DNA of 36,675 nt from a virus, in IMG/VR virus record IMGVR_UViG_3300035042_000056, positions 1-36,675 of that record; one strand, 5' to 3'. This document shows positions 16,116-25,942 of the stretch, in pieces; position 1 is the first letter of the stretch; each line of letters starts with the position of its first letter. The position numbers and the translations under genes are program-made. The notes under the pieces are model-generated. The model saw nothing but the letters and a program-made list of their open reading frames with translations. It was not told the origin of the DNA and did not search any database.

Positions 16116-17006
16116 ATGTCAAATAAAGGTACATGGGGATTAAGAAATCTCCACATAGCTTTTAAAGGAGAAGCGCAGGCTGAAAAAATTGAAGTTACTG
16201 CAGCACCTTCGACAGACGGAGAAATAGAAATTCAAGTTACAGCAGGAACTTTGCTTGGAGCAGATTCTCCTCATTCTGTAGTAGTTCCGTTAGCAAGCGA
16301 AACTCATACTACAGTGAGCAAAGTTGCATCTGCAATTGTCAATGTTTTAAACAATGATGATATCATTAGTCCAGTTTTTGATGCTAGAAACGATAAAGGT
16401 GTTATATACCTTAAAACTAAAGTAGTGCAAGAAAATGATTCTACTTTAGAAATTGCATTCACTGACACTGGAACAACTGGAGCTACAATGGGTAGTTCTG
16501 CAGCTGTCACTGCTGGAACAACTGGATACGGTGAAGTAAAACAAATTCCAGGAGTTATTAACTTTGCTGCAGATCCAGAAGGTGACACAGCTGAATTGTT
16601 CGGAGATGATACTAAGCAACTTGAAGAAGAAACTAATAACGGATATACAGGCTCTATTGAAGCTGGCTTTATCCCTAGAGAGATTCAAGCTGAAATGCTC
16701 GGGAAAACAGTCTTTTCAAATGGAATGATTGTCGAGTCTGCAGATGATGAGCCAAAAGAATTTGCTTTAATGGCTCAAATAAATGGAAATGAAGAAGACA
16801 TGAGATTTGTTTTTTGGAGAACTAAAGCTTCTAGACCTTCAAAAGATAACAACACTAAGGAGGACTCAGTTACATTTGATACAGAAACCCTTAACTTAAC
16901 AATGTTTGTAGAAGAAACAGCGCGTAGAGTTATGGGAGAAATATTCGAAAATGATTCTGGGTATGTTAACTTCTTTGATTCCGTTCCTTCAACTACTGAT
17001 GTGTAG
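16116..17006 (+). CDS. Major tail (tube) protein, phi13-like, with a large internal insertion
   Basis: AAGGAG at 16102-16107 sits 8 nt before the ATG at 16116. The N-terminal GLRNLHIAF and the later NNGYTGSIEAGFIPREIQAEMLG resemble phi13-family tube proteins. Confidence 0.65.
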   Translation: MSNKGTWGLRNLHIAFKGEAQAEKIEVTAAPSTDGEIEIQVTAGTLLGADSPHSVVVPLASETHTTVSKVASAIVNVLNNDDIISPVFDARNDKGVIYLKTKVVQENDSTLEIAFTDTGTTGATMGSSAAVTAGTTGYGEVKQIPGVINFAADPEGDTAELFGDDTKQLEEETNNGYTGSIEAGFIPREIQAEMLGKTVFSNGMIVESADDEPKEFALMAQINGNEEDMRFVFWRTKASRPSKDNNTKEDSVTFDTETLNLTMFVEETARRVMGEIFENDSGYVNFFDSVPSTTDV

Positions 17007-17016
17007 GTGATAATTA

Positions 17017-17457
17017 ATGCTGCAAGAAAAGATTAATATATGGGATCACACTTTGGGACTGAGGTTTTCCGCCTTAGTCCCAAAACTTTACAGAGATAAT
17101 TTTGATAAAAACTTTTTAGAAGAAGTAGGGAAAGCGGTCGCCAAAGTTGGCGGCATTCAAGAAAAATATAAAAATTATGAAACTGGAGATTTTAGAGAAA
17201 TTAAAAAAGAGCAGGATGAAATCAAAAAAATATCTGATGAGCTGCTAGAATTTGTTTATTGTCTCAACAAAGCAGATAATGACATTTTTAAATTTCCTAC
17301 TTATGATGAGTGGCTTAATCAATTTGATAAACCGAACTTACTTAATCTCAACTGGCTTGTGGATCTAGTTATAAGATTAGAAGAAAATTTCAGTGGTAAA
17401 GAATTTGAAGATAATAAAAACGAAAAAAAGAGTAAAAAAAAACTGAAAGAAACATAG
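17017..17457 (+). CDS. Tail assembly chaperone (G-like, frame 0 product)
   Basis: Lies between the tube protein and the tape measure. Lys-rich C-terminus ending in an A9 run. Confidence 0.65.
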   Translation: MLQEKINIWDHTLGLRFSALVPKLYRDNFDKNFLEEVGKAVAKVGGIQEKYKNYETGDFREIKKEQDEIKKISDELLEFVYCLNKADNDIFKFPTYDEWLNQFDKPNLLNLNWLVDLVIRLEENFSGKEFEDNKNEKKSKKKLKET

Positions 17458-17648
17458 ATAGATTAGATTTATATATATTATCTATTGCTAAAAGATTGAA
17501 TTATTCTATCGATGAATTAAATTATATACATTTATTAGATTTTTTAAGATTACAAAGAATTTATTTTGGCGAAGATATTGAAGAAGAAAAGAAAATATCT
17601 GAACCCCAAGGAACTCCGCAAAGTTTTCAAAATCATTTCGGGAGGTGA
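17442..17648 (+). CDS. T-like extension of the tail assembly chaperone, reached by a -1 frameshift on the A-run at 17434-17442
   Basis: 69 codons (68 sense plus stop) are open in the -1 frame from 17442 to TGA at 17646-17648, with no start codon of their own. A TAA at 17433-17435 closes that frame just upstream. Confidence 0.6.
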   Translation, partial: TERNIDRLDLYILSIAKRLNYSIDELNYIHLLDFLRLQRIYFGEDIEEEKKISEPQGTPQSFQNHFGR

Positions 17649-17652
17649 TTAA

Positions 17653-20583
17653 GTGGCTCAGAAAAAAGGTATAACTGTAGAAATTGGAGCATCGACAAAA
17701 GGCCTTGACAAGGCTCTTAAAGATATTCGTTCTCAATCAAGAAAAATAGGAAGAGAATTATACCAGGTTAATCGAGCATTAAAATTCAATCCAGACTCAG
17801 TTGAACTCTGGGCTCAAAAACAGGATATTCTTACAGAAAGAGTTGAGCAAACTAAAGAAAAACTTGATGTATTAAAACAAGCTGAAAAAGACATGCAGAA
17901 ACAATATAAGTCTGGAGATGTTGGAGAAAAGGAATACCGGGAATATCGCAGAGAGCTGATTAAAACTGAAGATCAGCTTGAAAGTTTTACAGATGAACTC
18001 GAGAAAACCCAAAGAAAAGCGAATGAATTTAGCAGAAAGATGCAAAAAGCTGCGGACGGCATGGAAAAGTTCGGGAATAGAATGAAAGGAATCGGTGATA
18101 ACCTTAATACTCATGTCACTTTACCTATTACAGCTGCCTTTTTTGCGCTTACAGAAGGAACAAGAGATTTTAGAAAAGAAGTTTCGACTCTTGAAAATAA
18201 CGCTCGAACTGCAAATGTAAGTATTGATGAAATGCACGGATATATGTCAGATCTTAACGCCGTTACTGGCGAATTAGATTCTAACGTTGAGGGATTATCC
18301 AGTTTGTTAGCTGCAGGTTTCAGAGATGAACAATTATCAAGTGTTATTGATGATATAGCTGGTGCTGTTATACAGTTCCCAGACACATTGAAGTTTGAAA
18401 ATTTATCTGAATCAATCCAGGAAACTATTGGATCGGGACAGTCAGTTGGTCAATTTGATGAAATGCTGTCAAGATTAGGTATTAATTTAGATGATTTTAA
18501 TGAAGGGCTGCAGACTGCAAAAGAAAACGGCAAAGCAACTGATTATGTAATGCAGACTCTTGCCAATACCGGACTATCAGATGTATATGAGCAGTATAAA
18601 GATAATAATGAAGCACTTGTAGAAAGTGCAGAAGCTAATTATGATTTAGAGCAATCTTTAGCTGAATTAGGTGCAGAACTAGAACCAATAATGACTCAAA
18701 TAAAGGAAAATGTCATAGATGTAGTAGATGCTTTCAATGACTTATCAGAAGAAGAGCAAGACATGGTTATTTTTGGTGCAGGAGTGGCGGCTGCTTTAGG
18801 ACCAGTATTAAGCATTACCGGAAACTTATCTCTTACATTGAGCTCTTTAACAAATGTAATTAACGGAGCCGGCGGATTAACTGCAGCTTTAAATCCTTAT
18901 ATGATCGGCGGAGCTGTTATAGTAGGCTTTGGCCTTCTTGCAAAAAGAATTTACGAGGGAAACAAGCAGCTTAAATTTATGGAGCGAAATGTTAAATCGC
19001 TAAACGAAGCCGAACTTAAAAGAAGAAAAGACCTACTTGAATCTGACATCCAAAAAGAAGAACGGAGATTAGAGGCTCGCAGAAATGGGGCAAGCGAAGA
19101 TTCCATAATAGGTGAAAAATATTCTATAAGCGAATCACAAAACAGATTGAATAATCTAAAAAAAGATTTAGATGAGACTGAAAAGGCTTTGCAAGAAATT
19201 GAAGAAACTAACAATGAATTAGAAGAAGTAGATTTATCTGGTGGCGGTGGCGGAGGTTCAACATCTGATCAAAGCGATTACAAAAATTACATTGATGAAT
19301 TAAGAGCTGAAATAGAATCATATAATTTTGAGCAAGAAGTAGAAAATATGTCTAATGACTCAGAAAAAGCCTGGGCTAAATTAGAAAATAAAATGTATGG
19401 TGAATTTGAAAGAATTGATAATCTCAAAGATGCAACAGCTGAACAAAAAGAAAAATTAAAAGAAATGGTTGAGCAATTCTACAATAACCAGTATAAAGAT
19501 TATCTTGAAGAAGTTAACGAACAGGAAGAAGAGGAAGCAGAGCGCCGCAAAGAGGCTGCTATTGAAAGGGAAGAACAATTGCAAAATGAGCTTGAGCTTC
19601 TCAAAAAAGATGGTAAAGAAAGAGAACTTGCTCAATTAGAGCAGCAGTATGAAGCTGAAAAAGAATTGATGCAGGAAAAAGGCCAGGATACAGCCACTCT
19701 CACAAAAATTTATCGAGAAAAAAGATTAGATATTATTGAAAAATATAATAAAAAAGAACTTCAACTTGAAAGAGAGAAAATGGAAAACCGCTTTGAAATG
19801 GGTAAAATATCTGAAACTCAATATCGAAAATATTTAAGAGAGCGTCTAAAACAATATGAAAAAGACACTGATGAATGGCGGCGAATTAGAGAAAAAATAA
19901 ATGAAACATTAAAAGCAGAAAGCGATCCTAATGACTTTTCAACTAATCTTGCCAATCTCGGAAGAATGGGAAGAAATGCAGCTACTGGCTATACTGGAGA
20001 AAGCGATTCAAAAGAAGGAGCCAAATCTATCAACTGGATGACTGATGCTTTTGTTGATTTAGGACTAGAAATCGAAGAAGCTAACCAGAAATTTGTTGAT
20101 TGGAAAGATGATTTAATAACTGGCTTATCAGATGCAATAGCTAGAGGCGAAGACTTAGGAGATGTATTCGACAATATAGCTGATCAAATTGCTTCAATGG
20201 TATTACAAAAAGCTGTTGTTGGCCCTATAGTTAATTATGCTTTAGGCGGTTTAAATCTTCCAACCTTCCATGAAGGAGGTTTTGTTAGCCCAGCTAATGC
20301 TATTGCAAAAATGCAGAGGTATCACGAAGGTGGAGGAATCGGCCTTAAAAGTAATGAAGTGCCTGCAATTTTAGAAAATGGCGAATATGTGCTAAATAAA
20401 GACCAGGTAAAAGGATTACAAAATGGTGGTGGTTCAGCGCCAATAAATATATTCGACATTACTGCCATTGATACTCAATCATTTGCTGAATATGTTAGTA
20501 GAAATCCGGATGCAATTATCAATGTTGTAGGCCGAGATATTATGAGAAATGGAACTCTTAGACAAGCTATTAAAAAATCTTAA
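17653..20583 (+). CDS. Tape measure protein
   Basis: 976 aa. GTG start after GGGAGGTGA. Long coiled-coil regions, a central hydrophobic segment, and the expected position. Confidence 0.9.
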   Translation: MAQKKGITVEIGASTKGLDKALKDIRSQSRKIGRELYQVNRALKFNPDSVELWAQKQDILTERVEQTKEKLDVLKQAEKDMQKQYKSGDVGEKEYREYRRELIKTEDQLESFTDELEKTQRKANEFSRKMQKAADGMEKFGNRMKGIGDNLNTHVTLPITAAFFALTEGTRDFRKEVSTLENNARTANVSIDEMHGYMSDLNAVTGELDSNVEGLSSLLAAGFRDEQLSSVIDDIAGAVIQFPDTLKFENLSESIQETIGSGQSVGQFDEMLSRLGINLDDFNEGLQTAKENGKATDYVMQTLANTGLSDVYEQYKDNNEALVESAEANYDLEQSLAELGAELEPIMTQIKENVIDVVDAFNDLSEEEQDMVIFGAGVAAALGPVLSITGNLSLTLSSLTNVINGAGGLTAALNPYMIGGAVIVGFGLLAKRIYEGNKQLKFMERNVKSLNEAELKRRKDLLESDIQKEERRLEARRNGASEDSIIGEKYSISESQNRLNNLKKDLDETEKALQEIEETNNELEEVDLSGGGGGGSTSDQSDYKNYIDELRAEIESYNFEQEVENMSNDSEKAWAKLENKMYGEFERIDNLKDATAEQKEKLKEMVEQFYNNQYKDYLEEVNEQEEEEAERRKEAAIEREEQLQNELELLKKDGKERELAQLEQQYEAEKELMQEKGQDTATLTKIYREKRLDIIEKYNKKELQLEREKMENRFEMGKISETQYRKYLRERLKQYEKDTDEWRRIREKINETLKAESDPNDFSTNLANLGRMGRNAATGYTGESDSKEGAKSINWMTDAFVDLGLEIEEANQKFVDWKDDLITGLSDAIARGEDLGDVFDNIADQIASMVLQKAVVGPIVNYALGGLNLPTFHEGGFVSPANAIAKMQRYHEGGGIGLKSNEVPAILENGEYVLNKDQVKGLQNGGGSAPINIFDITAIDTQSFAEYVSRNPDAIINVVGRDIMRNGTLRQAIKKS

Positions 20584-20595
20584 GGAGGTGAGCTT

Positions 20596-20952
20596 TTGGA
20601 AAAATTTGATTACAAGTACAAAAAAGCATGGGTTGTTGATATTAACACCAATACTCTTATCACCAAAATGGAAGGCGGTAGAGAACAGAGGCGCCCCAAA
20701 GGTTTGCCTTTCAGAGTGTTCAAACTAGAATTTGACAAAACAAGCAATTATAACAATGATGCAGAAGAAATAGCAAACTTTTTCTATGCCAGAAAGGGCG
20801 AATATGAACCTTTTCTCTGGGATTATAAAGACTCAGAAGGAAACATAATTGAGTCTGACATAAAAGTTAGATTCAACCAGTCTAAATTAAGCGATGAAGT
20901 ATATGACAATAAAGCTCACTCATTTTCAATTGAATTAAAGGAGCTGGTTTAA
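20596..20952 (+). CDS. Minor tail protein (lambda gpM-position analogue)
   Basis: TTG start after AAGGAGGTG; 118 aa; first gene after the tape measure. Confidence 0.45.
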   Translation: MEKFDYKYKKAWVVDINTNTLITKMEGGREQRRPKGLPFRVFKLEFDKTSNYNNDAEEIANFFYARKGEYEPFLWDYKDSEGNIIESDIKVRFNQSKLSDEVYDNKAHSFSIELKELV

Positions 20953-21792
20953 ATGCCCCGAACTCTCAGCCCTGATGTAATTGCAGAAAAAGATAAAGAT
21001 TATAACTGGCCGATAGAACTATATCAAATAAAATTAGATGAAGAAACTTTGTACTACGCTATGTTCCCTGAGAATATAGCGTTTTTTGATGAGCAGGGGA
21101 ATGAACAAACCTATTATGCAGCAAGTATCAGTAGAAGCAAAATCAAAAAGAATAACAAGACAGCTCCAGATAGTGTGACAGTCACCTTTGATAATGTCAA
21201 TAAAAACTTTTCGGCCTATATTGCTAATACTCAATTCGAGGGTAGAAAAGTAACGATCTGGAAAGTATTTCGAAATCACTTAGACAAATTTGAAAACAAA
21301 ATAGAAATGTTCACTGACTCAGTTATCGATTCAATTTCAACTGATGAATATAATTTAACTGCTGAGCTTGTGTCTAATCTTGATGCTTTAGAAGTCGAAT
21401 TACCTCGCAGAAGTTACGGGGTTAATTGCAGATGGCCTGGTGGATTTGGTGGAGAAGGTTGCGGTTACAATATCCCAACTTTAAATGGGACCATTGACAG
21501 CATATCTAATAACAGAATATATGATAGTGCAATGAATCAGCCGGCTGATCGCTGGAAACATGGAATTATAAAGGTTGGAAATGAAAGCAGAAAAATAATT
21601 TATTCTGCAAGTGGTTTTGTAGATGTTGAATATCCTTTTCAAAATGCTCAGGCGGGCGACAGTTATCATTTAGAAGCCGGCTGTGATTTAACCTATAACG
21701 GTGGTCATGGGTGTAAATACTGGAATAACACTCAGTTTTATGGCGGTTTCTTAGACATTCCGAAAATTAGAAATGTGAGGCGTGTTGACTGA
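20953..21792 (+). CDS. Minor tail protein, gpL-like (DUF2163 / BR0599-type Cys-rich C-terminus)
   Basis: C-terminal GVNCRWPGGFGGEGCGYN ... GCDLTYNGGHGCKYWNNTQFYGGF resembles the BR0599 motif. Confidence 0.6.
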   Translation: MPRTLSPDVIAEKDKDYNWPIELYQIKLDEETLYYAMFPENIAFFDEQGNEQTYYAASISRSKIKKNNKTAPDSVTVTFDNVNKNFSAYIANTQFEGRKVTIWKVFRNHLDKFENKIEMFTDSVIDSISTDEYNLTAELVSNLDALEVELPRRSYGVNCRWPGGFGGEGCGYNIPTLNGTIDSISNNRIYDSAMNQPADRWKHGIIKVGNESRKIIYSASGFVDVEYPFQNAQAGDSYHLEAGCDLTYNGGHGCKYWNNTQFYGGFLDIPKIRNVRRVD

Positions 21793-22178
21793 TGGATTTA
21801 GAAAAGTATTTAGGTAAAGAATATAAGTTTAACGGCCGAGGGGAAGAAGGTTATGACTGTTTAGGACTGGTTGTCGATGTTTTAGCAGATAATAATATTA
21901 ATCTCCCAGATAACGATGGAGAAATTTTGCCACCTGACTGGATGAAAGAAAATCCAAATAGACTGCCCGAAGGATTAAGTTTATATTGTGATCAGATAAA
22001 TAAAAAAAATAAGCAGCCCTTAGATGTTGTTGTTTTTGAAGTCGGAGGAATGCCAAGACATGCAGGTATTTTGATTGACAATTATAGATTTATACACATA
22101 TTTGATAATTCGAAAGCAAGAATAAGTAAATTTTCAAAGTGGAGAAAAAAATTGCATAGTATATGGAGAGTGAGGTGA
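21792..22178 (+). CDS. NlpC/P60-family tail-tip protein (gpK-like)
   Basis: GYDCLGLV (catalytic Cys) and PRHAGILIDNYRFIHI (His) motifs. Confidence 0.7.
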   Translation: MDLEKYLGKEYKFNGRGEEGYDCLGLVVDVLADNNINLPDNDGEILPPDWMKENPNRLPEGLSLYCDQINKKNKQPLDVVVFEVGGMPRHAGILIDNYRFIHIFDNSKARISKFSKWRKKLHSIWRVR

Positions 22179-22182
22179 GGAA

Positions 22183-24921
22183 ATGGGAGTAGGAGCATTA
22201 GTTGGATTAGCAGCAGGAGCTGCAGCAGCTAGTACAGCGGCAAGTGTTACAGTAGCAGCCGGAGCAATGATTGGATTTAGTGTAGGTAATTCTTATGACA
22301 ACTATAAAGAAGCCAAAGAATTTCAAGAAAGCATGAATCAATCAAAAAATTCTCCAACATATTCATTTGGCCCGATTAGTAATACTAAGTCTCATCAGAT
22401 ACCAGTCCCGGTAGTTTATGGCCGGAATCTTGTAGCAGGAAACATAATTAACCAAAAGATTCGCGGCGAAAATGATAATTTAATGGATCTGCAAGTTGGA
22501 ATTTCGGAAGGCCCGATTGAATCAATTTCAGAAATCAAAGCCGATGATAAATCTATTAGTGCAGAAACTAGATTAGGATATAGAAACCAATCTTCATGGT
22601 CGAAAAACGAGCATTCTCAAACATTTCCTTATCTTGCCCATTACTCAACAACTTTAGATGCTGAAAAACTAGAGACATCAGGCACTCCAACTATGACCGC
22701 GATTGTAAAAGGGCGGCATGTAAGAGTTTGGACCGGCAGCCGATGGATAACAAAATACAGTAATAACCCTGCCTGGTGTGTTTTAGATTTTATAAGTAAC
22801 AAAAGATTTGGTTTTGGTGTCGCTGATGCTTTTATAGATTTAGAAACTTTCAAAGAGGCTGCAGAATATGCTGATCAATATGTGGACGGGGAAAAGCGCT
22901 TTGAGTTAGATTTTGTTATTGATGCTAAAAGTTCAGCATTGGATATTCTTAATGAGATGCTTTCTACTTTTAGAGCATTTCTTATCTGGTCCGATGGAAA
23001 ATTAAAATTAAAGATTGATAAACCAGATGTAGCAACTCAAAGTTTTATATTTTCTGATGATGAAGAAACAGATAATATTATCGAAGGAAGCTTTGGAAGG
23101 CGAGGTTCTTCCAGGAAAGAAAGATTAAGAGAAGTTGTAGTTGAATATACGGACCCAGCTGAAAACTTTGAAACTATTGGAGCTAGATTCATAGATAACA
23201 GCGTGTCTGGTGAAGCTATGAAAACTATAACCCTGAATGGTGTTAATAGATTTTCTCAAGCGGGTAGAGAAGCAAGATATTATCAGAAAAAATCAAAGTT
23301 ATGCACTCAAATAATTAGCTTTGGTGCTGGTATAAACTCAATTGAAGCAGAAGTAGGAGATAAAATATTAGTTACTCATGAAAGGCCTGGGTGGGTAGAC
23401 AAACCTTTTCGTATAACAGAAATATCAGAAGACAATGAAGAAAATATGTCTATTACTGCTATTGAATATAATGAAGCAATATATACTGACGATGGTTTAG
23501 TCCAGCAGGAAAATTATGCATCTACATTTAAAAATCCTTTTGAAGCGCCAAAAGAAGTTAACAATTTATCTGTTACTGAATATGGATATACAACTATAGA
23601 TGGAAATCTTAATTCTAATCTAGTTGTTGAATTTGATATTCCTGACGATGAAAGATTTGACCATGCAGTTGTTGATTATTCAGAAGATGGAGGAAATTAT
23701 CAAATAGCTGGAACAACCGAAACTGATGATTATGAAATTAAGAATCTTAAAGTTAATTCCAATTATAAAATTAGAGTTAGATCAGTGTCAAAATATAGAG
23801 GGATAACAAGTGCGGGAGTGGTTTCAAACTCAATAGTTATTTCTGGGAAAGATAATAAACCTGCAGCGCCCAATACTCTGCAAGTAGCTCAAAAAGGAGC
23901 AAAAGTTATTTTTAAATGGTCTGAAGTTGATGAACCAGACATATTAGGTTATGAAATTAGAAAAGGAACCGACTGGGAAAACGGAGATATTCTCGGGACC
24001 AAACTAACTGGGGATAGATGGACATCAGAAAATGAACTAGATGGCACTCACAGATACATGATCAAGTCTATTGATAGAGTTAAGCAAAAATCAGTAAATT
24101 ATACTTCTACTATTTTTGAGGTTTCAGATACAGGCCTCGAACTCAATATAATACAGGAAAGAAATGAACTTAATTATATAGACAATGCTACACTTGAAAA
24201 TTTAAGCAAAATAAATAATAAAATTATGTTTAATCATATGTTTACTCTTAATGATTTGCAAAATTATACTCTTAACGATTGGCCTGATTTGGAAGCTTAT
24301 TCAAACGGAATTCCAGATTTTGAGAAACAGGCAAATTACATTACAGAAGCTATAGACACAGGTCATGTAGGCAGAACTGATATAAGGATTAAAAAAGATT
24401 GGTTTTTTCAAGATTTAGATTTAAGTTTACTTAGTTTCAATGATAGAAATCTAAATGATTTCCCAAATAACAGTATGAATAATCCACCTGCAATATATGA
24501 TACTCAAATTTATGTAAAATTTTCTGATGATAACATAGACTGGTCTGACTGGCAGCAGTATATGACAGGCGAATATAAGTTCAGATACGCGCAATTTAAG
24601 GCTGAAATTAATATAGAAACTGAAAGCACAGAATTTGAAATTGAGCAACTTGAAATGATATTTGATGTTCCTGATTTAGAACTTGTAGAAAGATATATTT
24701 CAGTTGATACAGGTGGGAAAACAATAAATTATTCTGATTATGGGATAGAATTTTATAAAGTTCCGGTTAGATATTCCGCTGATATTGTTCAGAATGGGTC
24801 AACAATGAAATATGCTAACTTTACAAATAAAAGTAAAACAAGTGTAGATGTAAAAATATTAGATATTAACAACAATGATGTCGGAGGGACAATAGAAGAA
24901 TTAATAATAGAAGGATATTAA
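22183..24921 (+). CDS. Host-specificity / central tail-tip protein (gpJ-like) with a fibronectin-III-like region
   Basis: 912 aa. NPAWCVLDFISNKRFGFG is a gpJ-like motif; PAAPNTLQVAQKGAKVIFKWSEVDEPDILGYEIR is FN3-like. Confidence 0.75.
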   Translation: MGVGALVGLAAGAAAASTAASVTVAAGAMIGFSVGNSYDNYKEAKEFQESMNQSKNSPTYSFGPISNTKSHQIPVPVVYGRNLVAGNIINQKIRGENDNLMDLQVGISEGPIESISEIKADDKSISAETRLGYRNQSSWSKNEHSQTFPYLAHYSTTLDAEKLETSGTPTMTAIVKGRHVRVWTGSRWITKYSNNPAWCVLDFISNKRFGFGVADAFIDLETFKEAAEYADQYVDGEKRFELDFVIDAKSSALDILNEMLSTFRAFLIWSDGKLKLKIDKPDVATQSFIFSDDEETDNIIEGSFGRRGSSRKERLREVVVEYTDPAENFETIGARFIDNSVSGEAMKTITLNGVNRFSQAGREARYYQKKSKLCTQIISFGAGINSIEAEVGDKILVTHERPGWVDKPFRITEISEDNEENMSITAIEYNEAIYTDDGLVQQENYASTFKNPFEAPKEVNNLSVTEYGYTTIDGNLNSNLVVEFDIPDDERFDHAVVDYSEDGGNYQIAGTTETDDYEIKNLKVNSNYKIRVRSVSKYRGITSAGVVSNSIVISGKDNKPAAPNTLQVAQKGAKVIFKWSEVDEPDILGYEIRKGTDWENGDILGTKLTGDRWTSENELDGTHRYMIKSIDRVKQKSVNYTSTIFEVSDTGLELNIIQERNELNYIDNATLENLSKINNKIMFNHMFTLNDLQNYTLNDWPDLEAYSNGIPDFEKQANYITEAIDTGHVGRTDIRIKKDWFFQDLDLSLLSFNDRNLNDFPNNSMNNPPAIYDTQIYVKFSDDNIDWSDWQQYMTGEYKFRYAQFKAEINIETESTEFEIEQLEMIFDVPDLELVERYISVDTGGKTINYSDYGIEFYKVPVRYSADIVQNGSTMKYANFTNKSKTSVDVKILDINNNDVGGTIEELIIEGY

Positions 24922-24933
24922 AGGAGTGATCAG

Positions 24934-25629
24934 ATGACTCAAGAATATCATAAATCGTTAGCAGATATGGGAGACTCTAACGGCCCCAAACTGGCCGAAT
25001 ATCTCCATGAAAACTTTGAAACAATAATAAGCCAATGGGCAGGAGCAAGTTCTCCTGGGTCTCCTACTCAAGGCCAACCATGGTTAGATATTTCATCGGG
25101 CTGGACTGACGCTAAATTAAAATTTTGGAACGGCTCAAGCTGGATATTAGCAAATGAGTATAATCCGTATATAAAAGACTTAAGAGTTGCCAGGGGTTCA
25201 AAAGAAACCCTCTGGGAGCGGTTGGAAGTAGCTATGAATGAGGACGGAACTATCAAGTCTGACCTTGCTGAAAATATGACCGAATGGATTGACAGCGCGT
25301 TAACTGTAACATATGTAAGCGCTGAAACTTTTACAGTGCCCGGAGATTACACGGATGTATTTGTCACCAATAGAAAAATAAAAGCGACATTAGATTCTAG
25401 TTCAGTATATTCTGCTGTAGAATCAGCTAATTACAGCTCAACTAATGATGAGACAACTATAGTTCTATTTGATGCAGTAATAGATGGAACAATTCAAAAA
25501 GTAGAGTACGGGCTTGTAAAAGCTGGCCCTGAGGGCTCAAACCCAGAAAACAACTTAATAGACGAAACAACAGGGGATATTTACGAATTTAAAATGATTG
25601 ACGGCTCATTAGCAATGGAGGTTAGATAA
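24934..25629 (+). CDS. Putative tail fibre / fibre-adaptor protein
   Basis: Lies between the gpJ-like protein and the DGR target. The N-terminal GQPWLDISSGWTDAKLKFWNGSSW pattern occurs in fibre N-termini. Confidence 0.4.
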   Translation: MTQEYHKSLADMGDSNGPKLAEYLHENFETIISQWAGASSPGSPTQGQPWLDISSGWTDAKLKFWNGSSWILANEYNPYIKDLRVARGSKETLWERLEVAMNEDGTIKSDLAENMTEWIDSALTVTYVSAETFTVPGDYTDVFVTNRKIKATLDSSSVYSAVESANYSSTNDETTIVLFDAVIDGTIQKVEYGLVKAGPEGSNPENNLIDETTGDIYEFKMIDGSLAMEVR

Positions 25630-25630
25630 C

Positions 25631-25942
25631 ATGAGAGGTTTTCCAAAAGTGCTTAATTCAAGACAGGATTATGAAAATGTGATTAATGACTTTGGCTACA
25701 CACCAAAAGTAAAAAGAGCATACCAGGGGCTGCTAAATACAGCCAAAAAGTATGAGTTTGACAAAGAACTTGCAGCAGAATCTGATAGAACTGGCCCGGA
25801 GCCTGAGTACAAAGTTATGACTCAGGAAGAAGATGGAACAGAAAAGATAGTGCAGTTCAAACTTGTTGATAACCCAAACGGGAAAATATTTAGGTTAGGG
25901 TTCACTATTGATGAAGTCCAGGAGGTGATTGATCAATGTTAA
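25631..25942 (+). CDS. Hypothetical protein (103 aa), fibre-associated by position
   Basis: Translationally coupled on both sides; contains one TGGCCCGG copy. Confidence 0.4.
   Translation: MRGFPKVLNSRQDYENVINDFGYTPKVKRAYQGLLNTAKKYEFDKELAAESDRTGPEPEYKVMTQEEDGTEKIVQFKLVDNPNGKIFRLGFTIDEVQEVIDQC

Noticed and set aside
17506-17736. Minus-strand 76-aa track ORF between the chaperone and the tape measure
   Set aside because: It is antisense to the -1 frame T-extension and to the tape-measure start, has no RBS, and is hydrophobic AT-rich shadow sequence.
19237-19260. GGTGGCGGTGGCGGAGGT run (a Gly6 tract) in the tape measure as a slippage or phase-variation tract
   Set aside because: It is an imperfect codon repeat rather than a homopolymer or perfect short tandem repeat. 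It is a typical flexible linker in tape-measure proteins.
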